DNA of 32,000 nt, from contig JACRAZ010000064.1 in the NCBI GenBank assembly GCA_016213205.1, forward strand, positions 1-32,000, given 5' to 3'. How positions within the stretch are numbered: position 1 is the first letter of the stretch; each line of letters starts with the position of its first letter. Below, piece by piece: positions 13,868-22,600 of the stretch. Below the pieces are notes generated by a model. The model was not told the origin of the DNA. It ran no database searches and saw only the letters and a list, made by a program, of their open reading frames with translations. The DNA is from Burkholderiales bacterium (GTDB taxonomy: Bacteria > Pseudomonadota > Gammaproteobacteria > Burkholderiales > Burkholderiaceae_C). The translations under genes and the position numbers were made by a program.

Positions 13868-15364
13868 TCAGTTGCCCTTGAGCGGACGCGGTGGCGAGTA
13901 GTCTGCGGTGCGGTTGCTGCGCAGGGATGCGTCCCCCTGGCCCAGCCAGAGCTTCATCACCAGCCGCTGCACGACGTTGCCGTAGGGCGGATAGAACAGC
14001 CCCACCGGGAAGAAGCGGTGGCGCTTGAAGACCGTCCGGGCGTGCGACAGCTCGCGAAAGCCCTCCTCGCCGTGGTAGCTGCCCATGCCCGAGTTGCCCA
14101 CGCCTCCGAACGGCGCATCGTGGTTGAGCACGTGCCAACCCCAGTCGTTGATCGTCACGCCGCCGGAATGCGTGCGCTGCAGCACCTGCGCCCGCTGTCC
14201 TGCATCGTGGCCGAAGCAGTACAAGGCCAGTGGGCGCGGGCCCGCATTGACCAGGCCAATCGCTTCGTCCAGCGTGTCGTAGGGCAGCACCGGCAGGATC
14301 GGGCCGAAGATCTCTTCCTTCATCACCCGCATGTCCGGTCGCACGCCAGTCACGACGTGCAGCGGCACCTGGCGCCCCGCCCCGGCCGCAGCGCAGGCCT
14401 CGACCGTGGCCCCCTTGGCGCGGGCGTCGTCAAGCAGGGCCTGGATGCGCGCGGCATGGCGTTCGTTGACCACTGCGGTGTAGTCGTGGTTGCCGGCCAC
14501 GCTGCCGCCGTAGAGGGCCGCGAAGCTCTCCTTGACGGCCGAGACAAATTCTCCGACCTGCTTGCGCGGCACCAGGGCGTAGTCGGGCGCGATGCAGATC
14601 TGGCCGCAGTTGGCGGCCTTGCCATGCGTGATGCGGCGCGCAGCGTCGTGCGGCGAGGCGCCGTGCAGCAGAACCGCGGGCGACTTGCCGCCCAGTTCGA
14701 GCGTCACCGGCGTCAGGTTCTCGGCAGCGGTGCGCATCACGATACGCCCCACCGCCGGAGAACCGGTGAAGACGATGTGGTTGAAGGGCAGGGCGGTGAA
14801 GGCGTTCGGGTCGAGCAGTTCCTCGCCGATGACCGCCACCTGGTGCTCCGGAAACACCTCGCCCAGCATGCGGCGCATCACCGCATTGGTGGCTGGCGTG
14901 AGCTCCGACATCTTGATCATCACCCGGTTGCCGGCAGCCATGGCCGCGGCCAGCGGACCGAGCGTGAGATAGACGGGGAAGTTCCAGGGCACGATCACAC
15001 CGACCACGCCCTTGGGCTGGTAGTGCACGCGCAGGCTGTTGCTGAGGAATAGTAGTTCGGTACTGCGCCGGCTCGGTCTCATCCAGCGCGACAGATGCGA
15101 CAGCGCGTGATTGATCTCCAGCGTCGAGCCGAGCACGTCGAGCATCTTCGACTCGGCTGGCGAGCGGAAGCTGAAATCCTGGCTCATGGCCTCGGCTAGC
15201 ACGTCCTGGTAGCGGTGGAGCTGCGCCTTGAGTTTGCGCAGGTCTTCCCTTCGGCGCGACGCGCTCGGGTAGGGATCGCGGCCGAAAGCTGCCTGCTGGC
15301 TGGAAAGAACGGCGTTCAGATGCGCGGTCATGGCCGCTTGAGGATCGGCCAGTCGGTCGTTCAT
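13868..15364 (-). CDS. NAD(P)+-dependent aldehyde dehydrogenase (ALDH3 / coniferyl-aldehyde dehydrogenase-like)
   Basis: 498 aa from ATG 15364 (GGAGAcagcgATG). The ORF extension to 15538 was rejected because it would overlap the divergent AraC gene start.
- Motifs: VPWNFP, FTGSPAVGR, ELGGKSP (catalytic Glu), ANCGQICIAPDY (catalytic Cys), EEIFGPILP. Confidence 0.93.
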   Translation of the reverse strand: MNDRLADPQAAMTAHLNAVLSSQQAAFGRDPYPSASRRREDLRKLKAQLHRYQDVLAEAMSQDFSFRSPAESKMLDVLGSTLEINHALSHLSRWMRPSRRSTELLFLSNSLRVHYQPKGVVGVIVPWNFPVYLTLGPLAAAMAAGNRVMIKMSELTPATNAVMRRMLGEVFPEHQVAVIGEELLDPNAFTALPFNHIVFTGSPAVGRIVMRTAAENLTPVTLELGGKSPAVLLHGASPHDAARRITHGKAANCGQICIAPDYALVPRKQVGEFVSAVKESFAALYGGSVAGNHDYTAVVNERHAARIQALLDDARAKGATVEACAAAGAGRQVPLHVVTGVRPDMRVMKEEIFGPILPVLPYDTLDEAIGLVNAGPRPLALYCFGHDAGQRAQVLQRTHSGGVTINDWGWHVLNHDAPFGGVGNSGMGSYHGEEGFRELSHARTVFKRHRFFPVGLFYPPYGNVVQRLVMKLWLGQGDASLRSNRTADYSPPRPLKGN

Positions 15365-15527
15365 CGCTGTCTCCGGTGTCGTTTGAACGGCACGCTGGTC
15401 AAGAGCCATGCGCCGTCCTGCTATGAACCGAGTCTGGGGGCCTGGCGTGGTGTCGGCGAGGTTGAAATCTGCCAGGTGGGGGTGAAAATGCGCCAAACTC
15501 TCGTAATCCCCAGGGCAGGCAGCAATC

Positions 15528-16613
15528 ATGACGCGCATCCCGGCACAGCTGTTCGCGAGCTACGAAGGCAGCCGGGATGGCGCGGCGCACAGCCTGCTAG
15601 GCCTTCGGGCACTGATGGCCGAGCTGGCCGATCAAGGCGTGAGCGCAGACCAGGCATTGCGCGGCACCGGCATCGATCCCTGCCAAATGGACGATCCCGC
15701 CTTGCTCATTTCGCCGAACCAGAAGATCGCCGTCTTCGGCAACGCGGGGCGACTGGCGAAGCGCCCCGACCTCGGCCTGCGCGCCGGCGCCCGGCAGCGA
15801 CTGAGCGATTTCGGCGTCTTCGGCTACGCGCTGGCCTCGAGCGCGACCTTCGGGGACGCGCTGGCCCTGGGCATGAAGCACCTCAGGTTGGCTGGGCCCG
15901 TGCTGGAGAAGCGCTTTTGCCTCGTTGGCGATACCGCGTTATTTGAAGGCCGGGACGTGCTGGCGCTGGGGCCGGTGTTGCCACTGGCCACCGAGTTCTG
16001 GTTCAGCTCGATCCTCAAGCTCATCACCTGCGTCATCGAAACGCCCTTTCCCTCGCGGCGACTGCTGCTGCCATACCCCCGGCCGGCCCACGCCGCAGCC
16101 TACGAGCGCATGTTCGGCTGCCCGGCGCAGTTCGACGCCGGCGTCGTCCAGTGGCAGTTCGACGCTGCGGTGCTGCAGGCACCCTGCCCCGAGGCCAACC
16201 CGATCACCGCAGGGATGTGCACCCAGTTCTGCGAACGCATGCTCGACAGCTTGCCACACGAATCGGCGCTCGCTCGCAGCGTGCGCAACGCCTGCCTGGG
16301 CAGCCGCGGCAAGTTCCCGAGCGCGCGCGAAATGGCCGAGCGGCTCGGCTTGTCGGTGCGCACGCTGCATCGGCGACTGACCGAGGAAGGCCAGCACTAC
16401 CAGGGCATCGTCGATGAGGTGCGCAGCGCCTTGGCCATCGAGTTCCTGCGCAACACCACGCTGTCGGTCGAAGAAATCGCCTGCCGCGTCGGCTTCACCG
16501 AAAGCTCGAACTTCCGCAAGGCATTCAGGCGCTGGACCGGGCAGTCACCGGCGCGCTTTCGCGCACCGCAAGGCAATGCGCGCGCGGCGGCCGCACTGGC
16601 GAGGGCGCATTGA
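15528..16613 (+). CDS. AraC-family transcriptional regulator with an N-terminal AraC_binding_2-like ligand domain
   Basis: 361 aa, divergent from the ALDH gene. C-terminal double HTH: SAREMAERLGLSVRTLHRRLTEEGQHYQ...IEFLRNTTLSVEEIACRVGFTESSNFRKAFRRWTGQSPARFR. Confidence 0.9.
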   Translation: MTRIPAQLFASYEGSRDGAAHSLLGLRALMAELADQGVSADQALRGTGIDPCQMDDPALLISPNQKIAVFGNAGRLAKRPDLGLRAGARQRLSDFGVFGYALASSATFGDALALGMKHLRLAGPVLEKRFCLVGDTALFEGRDVLALGPVLPLATEFWFSSILKLITCVIETPFPSRRLLLPYPRPAHAAAYERMFGCPAQFDAGVVQWQFDAAVLQAPCPEANPITAGMCTQFCERMLDSLPHESALARSVRNACLGSRGKFPSAREMAERLGLSVRTLHRRLTEEGQHYQGIVDEVRSALAIEFLRNTTLSVEEIACRVGFTESSNFRKAFRRWTGQSPARFRAPQGNARAAAALARAH

Positions 16614-16742
16614 GTCCATTGAGCTTTCCGCAAAGCATCTCGGTCAGCGATGACGGCTGGGCATGTTGGCATGGCGCACCCCAGGGAGTGGGTGTCGTCA
16701 TCAATGTCTCGAATCAGGACAAGGGAAGGAAGGGCCCATCGA

Positions 16743-18638
16743 ATGGCAAGACTGCTGCTGGTTGACGACGATGTATCCGTCCTGCGCTTTGTGCAAGCAG
16801 CCACCAAGGACATTGCAGACTTGCGAGTTGCTCGCAGCGGACAAGACGCGCTTCGCCTTCTGCGAACGGACCGCCCCGACTTGCTGCTGCTCGATCTCCA
16901 ATTGGGCGATGCCAATGGCCTGGAACTGCTGATGAAGATGCGCACCGACTCGGCGCTCGCCAACATTCCGGTGATCTTCCTGAGCGGTGAGGCCGGAGCC
17001 GATCCACGCGTGCAGGCGCTGGACTTGGATGCCCTTGACTGGCTGCCCAAACCCCTGGACGAGCGGCGACTGCGTGCGAGGATTCAGGCAGCGCTGGACC
17101 GGATTGCCAAATCGCCGCAACCAGTTCCACCCAATCACGACGAGCCCTTGGACGGTGCTTGCGTGCTCATCGTCGATGATGATCCGATCATGCTCGATGC
17201 ACTCGAACACGCGCTGGCCCCACAGAATTTTCGCCTCGTGCGAGCCACCGATTCCCGGGAGGCCTTGAAGCTGGCCAGCGAACAGGCACCGGAAGTCGTG
17301 CTGCTGGACATCGGTCTGCCGGGTCTGAACGGGTTCGAGTTGGCTTACCGCCTGATGGCCATGCCGAAGCTCGCAGACTGCCCATTGCTCTTCGTGACCC
17401 AGTACGGTGAACTGGAAACAGAGCTTCAGGCGCTGCAGATGGGGGCCTTCGACTTTGTCAGCAAGCCTTTCGTACCCGCCGTCCTGAGGGCACGGGTGAG
17501 CAATGCGCTGCGTCTTCGGCGCCGCTCCACGCGCGCGCTGGAACACGCCGAAGCGCACTGGCGGCGCATCGGCGGGACGCAGCTGGCTTCCATCGTCGCT
17601 GACGCGCACGACCCCATCGTCGTGCTCGACGCCGATGACCGCGTCGTGCTGGCCAACCAGGCGGCGCATGCGCTGTTCGGCGATGCCGCCCCGCCGGGCA
17701 TCGGTTCGAGCCTGCCGACGTGGCTGTCCACCCCCCTGCCGGCGACGCTGATCAACGGTGAGCAGCACAGCGCCCGCAGCGTGGTGATGCAGCCCCCTGG
17801 CGAGCTTGCGAAGGTCTACGACCTGTCGTCATCGCTGTTGGCGGCAGGTGATGCACGACTGGTCGCGCTGACTTTCCACGACCAGACACTCCTGATGAAG
17901 GCTCAGGAAGAAGGCCGCGCAAGGCTACGCTTGGAGTCGGAGAGCCGTGCCCGAAGGCTGATGATGTCCTACCTGGCCCATGAGATCGGCAATCCGTTGA
18001 ATGGCATCATCGGATTCACGAGCCTCCTGCTGAATCCCGGCGCCGAACCGCTCACCGAAGAGCAGCGGCGCAAACTATCTCTGGTTGGCGATTGCGCAGA
18101 GAACCTGCGGCGCTTGATGAGCGATGCGCTCGACATGGCGCGTGGCGAGTCAGGTCACTTTTCCGTTGAAACGGCCCGCCATTGCCTGCGTAGCCCGGTC
18201 GAGGCCGCAGTTGCAGCGCATCAACTGGCTGCCGAGCGGACAGGTGCGGAGATGCACGCGCCGACGGGCGACCTCGACGTGTTTGTCCGTGCCGATGTGG
18301 GACGGCTGCGCCAGTGTCTGGACAACCTGCTCAGCAATGCCTGCAAGTACGGTCGTCCGAGAGGACGGATCCAGGTCGATATTTCGGCAGGGCCCGTGGA
18401 TGTCGAGATCTCGGTCAGCGACGATGGCCTGGGCATGTCGGCCGCCCAGATCGAACGACTGTTTCAGCCGTTCGAGCGGCTCGGCCGGCAGGGGCCGCCT
18501 GGCCACGGTCTGGGCTTGGCCGTCACGCGCATGCTCGCGCACGCCATGGGCGGGCGGCTGGAGGTGGCTTCCGAGGAAGGCGTCGGCACCCGCTTTACGC
18601 TGGTGCTGCCGCGCGACGACACGCTGGAGGGTGCGTAG
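16743..18638 (+). CDS. Hybrid signalling protein: REC-REC-PAS-HisKA-HATPase (histidine kinase with two N-terminal receiver domains)
   Basis: - REC1: MARLLLVDDD...DLLLLDLQLGDANG...LPKP.
- REC2: VLIVDDDPI...VVLLDIGLPGLNG...VSKPF.
- PAS segment: DPIVVLDADDRVVLANQAA.
- H-box: SYLAHEIGNPLNGI.
- ATPase N/G boxes: LLSNACKYG, DDGLGM, GHGLGLAV.
- The start is uncertain (ATG 16743 preferred; 16650 or 16704 possible). Confidence 0.88.
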   Translation: MARLLLVDDDVSVLRFVQAATKDIADLRVARSGQDALRLLRTDRPDLLLLDLQLGDANGLELLMKMRTDSALANIPVIFLSGEAGADPRVQALDLDALDWLPKPLDERRLRARIQAALDRIAKSPQPVPPNHDEPLDGACVLIVDDDPIMLDALEHALAPQNFRLVRATDSREALKLASEQAPEVVLLDIGLPGLNGFELAYRLMAMPKLADCPLLFVTQYGELETELQALQMGAFDFVSKPFVPAVLRARVSNALRLRRRSTRALEHAEAHWRRIGGTQLASIVADAHDPIVVLDADDRVVLANQAAHALFGDAAPPGIGSSLPTWLSTPLPATLINGEQHSARSVVMQPPGELAKVYDLSSSLLAAGDARLVALTFHDQTLLMKAQEEGRARLRLESESRARRLMMSYLAHEIGNPLNGIIGFTSLLLNPGAEPLTEEQRRKLSLVGDCAENLRRLMSDALDMARGESGHFSVETARHCLRSPVEAAVAAHQLAAERTGAEMHAPTGDLDVFVRADVGRLRQCLDNLLSNACKYGRPRGRIQVDISAGPVDVEISVSDDGLGMSAAQIERLFQPFERLGRQGPPGHGLGLAVTRMLAHAMGGRLEVASEEGVGTRFTLVLPRDDTLEGA

Positions 18639-19640
18639 ATGCCGGATCCAATTTCCGCCGAGGCCCTCTCGAGGGTGTGCGTCGTTGACGACGATGCCAC
18701 CGTTCTTGCTGCGCTGGTTGCCATCTTGCAGCCCGCATTCGATGTGCGCGTCGCCCGCAGCGGACGCGATGGTTTGCGCTTGATCCGACGCGACCCTCCG
18801 GACCTGGTCCTGCTGGACGTGAACCTGCCTGACGTGTCGGGCATGGCCGTGTGCCGCAGGCTCAAGGACGATCCACTGACCGAGGCCGTACCTGTCGTGT
18901 TCCTTACGTCTCACGCCGACGAGAAGACTGAGGTCGAAGGTCTGGACGCTGGCGCAGCGGACTTCATTGCCAAGCCTCCTCGGGGCCCGGCAGTGTTGGC
19001 ACGCATCCGCAACCTGGTGCGAATGAAACTGCTGGCGGAGCGCCTGATGCGAGAGGCCCAGACGGATGCGCTGACTTCGCTTGCCAATCGCCGCCGTTTC
19101 ACGGCGGCGTTACGCGAGGAGCTCCTGCGCGCCAGGAGGCAAGAGCGACCTTTGTCGGTCCTCATGGTCGATGTCGACCATTTCAAGGCCTACAACGACC
19201 ACTATGGGCACCTCAGCGGCGACGGCGCACTGCGTCAGGTGGGGCAGGTCCTTCGCGGCAGCTTGCGCCGCCCGGGCGATCTGGCCGGGCGCCTGGGCGG
19301 CGAGGAGTTTGCTGTCCTGCTGCCCGAGACGGATGAAGGCGGTGCCTGGCGGGTGGCCCAGCGCATGCTGAGCGCCATGGCGGATGCAGCCATCCCCCAT
19401 GCGGCTTCCGCGACCGCCGCGTGCCTGTCCGTCAGCATCGGAATGGCGACGTATCGGCCGCCGCCGCGGCCTGCCGAACCCGCTCCGGATACCGATGCTG
19501 CGGCCGACAGGGACGATTCGGCCAAGGATCTGCTGGCACGTGCCGATGCCGCGCTCTACGCCGCCAAACACCGGGGCCGCAACCGCGCCTGCGGTGAGAC
19601 GGACGTTCAGCCCGGGCAGGCTCACCACACCACCGCGTGA
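18639..19640 (+). CDS. Response regulator-diguanylate cyclase (REC-GGDEF, PleD/WspR-like)
   Basis: 333 aa. The ATG directly abuts the upstream TAG.
- REC: VCVVDDD...LVLLDVNLPDVSG...AKP.
- GGDEF domain with an intact GGEEF.
- An RxxD I-site (RPGD) sits exactly five residues upstream of GGEEF. Confidence 0.93.
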   Translation: MPDPISAEALSRVCVVDDDATVLAALVAILQPAFDVRVARSGRDGLRLIRRDPPDLVLLDVNLPDVSGMAVCRRLKDDPLTEAVPVVFLTSHADEKTEVEGLDAGAADFIAKPPRGPAVLARIRNLVRMKLLAERLMREAQTDALTSLANRRRFTAALREELLRARRQERPLSVLMVDVDHFKAYNDHYGHLSGDGALRQVGQVLRGSLRRPGDLAGRLGGEEFAVLLPETDEGGAWRVAQRMLSAMADAAIPHAASATAACLSVSIGMATYRPPPRPAEPAPDTDAAADRDDSAKDLLARADAALYAAKHRGRNRACGETDVQPGQAHHTTA

Positions 19641-22600
19641 TGCGCCCAGCCCCGGAACGGTACGCGGTACCCGCCGTCCTCGTGCTGGGGCTGGCCGCCA
19701 GCGCACTGCTGGCCTGGCGGCAAGAGGCGGTCAACCGAGAGGAACTGCAGGCCGCCACCGTGCGGGCCGCGCAGCGCGTGGCCGACCGCAGTGTGGCACA
19801 GCTCGAGCGGGCCGCGCTGGGCCTGAGGGGCGCCCGGGGCTTCTTCATGGGCGCCGGAACCGACGGCGTCAGTGCGGCGCAATTCCGCGCCTACTACGAG
19901 ACGCGCAGCCTCGAACAGGAGTTTCCGGGCGTGCGCGGGATCGGCTTCATCCGGCGCGTAGCACCCGAGGCGGAAACGGCCTACCTGGCGCAGGCGCGCC
20001 GGCAGGGCGGTGCGGACTTCTCGATCCGGTGGCTGCAGCCGCACGACGGCGAGCGCCAGGTGATCCAGTTCGTCGAACCCGTAGAAACCAATCGTGCCGC
20101 CGTGGGCTTGGATGTCGCCTCGGAAGCCAACCGGCGGCGGGCGACCAGGCTGGCGCTTCGGGACGACGCGCCGATCCTCACGCGACCCATCCGACTGGTG
20201 CAGTCCAAACCGGGCGACTCGCTCGGCGTGCTGATGGTGCTGCGCATGCCGGCGAACGCCGGCATGCCCGGCTTTGGCCTTGAGGCTGGTCCCCCGGGGT
20301 TCATCTTCTCGCCGATCCAGCTCGATGATCTGCTGGCGGCCGCCGACCTGCAGCCGGCGCTCCTCAGCCTCGCAGTCAGGGACGCGACCGACCAGGAGCC
20401 GGTTCAGGACTTCGCGCTTGCCGACCGCGGGGCGGCGCCGTTGGCGCAATCCAGCGCCGTCACGATCGACCGCAGTCTCATGGGTCGGCGCTGGCAGTTC
20501 AGCGTGCGCGCTCGGCCGGCATTTGCGGCGACGCTCAATCAAACCTCACCTGCCGTCGTCGGTACGGTGTCCCTGCTCATCTCGCTGCTGCTTGCCGCGC
20601 TCGCGAGGGTCTGGAGCACGCTGCACCGCCGCACGCGGGAGGCCTTGGCCGAGCGGGTCCGCCTGCGCACGATGCTCGGACACGCGAGCGACGCCATCGT
20701 CGGGCTCGACCTCAGCGGCCAGGTCACGCTGTGGAACGCCGCTGCCGCGCGCTTGTTCGGCTATCGCGAAGGCGAGGCCATCGGTCGGTCATTGACCGAG
20801 TTGACCCTGGATGCCGAGCACGCCGGCGAGGACGCGCAGCTGCGCGCTGCCGTCGCCGAAGGGCATGCGAAAGCGCCCTTCGACACGAAGCGGCGGCGCA
20901 GCGACGGCACCCTGGTGGACGTGGAGATCTCGGCTACCCCGATGCTCGACGAACGCGAGCGGGTGGTCGGCATGGCCGAAATCCTGAGGCCGATCAGCGA
21001 ACGCCTGGCGCAGGTGCGGCACCTGACGAGCGTCGCATCGACCAGCCGACAGGCCTTGTCGGTGCTGCAGCGCGATCAGCAGTCGCTGCTGGATGCACTG
21101 AACGAGTTCGCGCTGGTGTCGGTGGCTGACGCGCGCGGCACCATCGTCTCCGCCAACGACCGCTTCTGCGAGGTGTCGGGCTATACCCGGGACGAACTGC
21201 TGGGGCGCAACCACCGCATCGTCAACTCGGGCCACCACGAGCCGGCGTTCTGGCGCCAGATGTGGCGCACGATCGCCGGCGGCAGTGCCTGGCGCGGCGT
21301 GATCTGCAACCGGGCCAAGGATGGTTCGCCCTACTGGGTGAGCACCATCATCGTCCCGTTCCTGGACACCTCCGGCCGCAGCGAACGCTACGTGTCGATC
21401 CGGTTCGACATCACGCCGCTGAAGGAACTGGAGCAGAACCTGGCACGGGAGCGGGGCCGCCTCGAGAACATCCTGCGTGGCACCGACGCGGGCACCTGGG
21501 ACTGGGACATCGTCAGCGGCGCGGTCCGGTTCGATGCCCGGTGGGCGAGCATCGTCGGCCACGGCGTCGAGGACTTGCGGCCGGACATCTCCACGCGCAT
21601 CGGATTGAGCCACCCTTCTGAAATCGGTGCCTCGCGGGCATTGTTGCGCGAGCACTTCTCGGGCGCGTCGGACCGGTACAGCTTCGAATGCAGGCTGCGG
21701 CACCGCGATGGCCACTGGGTCTGGGTGCTGGATCGCGGCCGGGTGTCGGAGCGCAGTTCGGACGGGCGCGCACTGCGCATCATGGGGACCATCCTCGACA
21801 TCACCGCGCAGGTCCAGGCCCGCGAAACCATCCAGCGGCAGCAGGCCGCCACGCAGACGATGCTGGAGGCGGCACCGGTGGCCGTGCGCGTGGCGTCCCT
21901 CGGCGACAACCGAACCCGCCTGGTCAACGAGCGGTTCTGCCGCCTCGTCAGGCGGTCCCGCGACGAGGCGCTGGGACTGGACGTCTCGGGCTGCTACGTC
22001 GACCCGGCCGCGTTCGCGGCGATTCGCCAGCGGCTCGGCGCAGGGCAGAGCGTGATCGACCAGCTGATGGAACTGCGCCTCCCGGATCGACCGGAGGAAG
22101 CGCACGTCTGGGCACTCTGCTCGTACATGCTGGTCGAGCACGAAGGACAGCCGGCGGTGCTGGCCTGGATCTACGACGTGACCGAATTGCGCAGCCGTCG
22201 CGAAGAAGCCGAGCAGGCCCGGCGAATCCTCGACGCCGCATTGGATGCGGTGGACGAAGCCTTCGTGATCTACGACCCGCAGGACCGGCTGCTGATGTGC
22301 AATGAGAAGTATCGATCCATCTACCCGCTGAGCGCGCCGCACATGGTGCAGGGCGCGTCCTTCGAGTCGATCATCCGGGCTGGGGCGCTGCGCGGCGAGT
22401 ACCGGGCGGCGGCCGGCCGGGTCGAGGAGTGGGTCAGCGAGCGGATGTCCGCTCATCGCTCGGGGCAAGTGGCGCTCGAACAGGAACTGTCCGATGGGCG
22501 AGTTCTGCGCATCGTCGAGCGCAGGCTGCCGGACGGGCACACCGTGGGATTCCGGTTCGACATCACCGAGCTCGTTCGTGCCCGCCAGGCGGCCGAGGCT

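Noticed and set aside
15365-15538. Upstream extension of the ALDH ORF to 15538
   Set aside because: It would overlap the divergent AraC start and lacks ALDH similarity. ATG 15364 has a GGAGA Shine-Dalgarno, and the ALDH alignment begins there.
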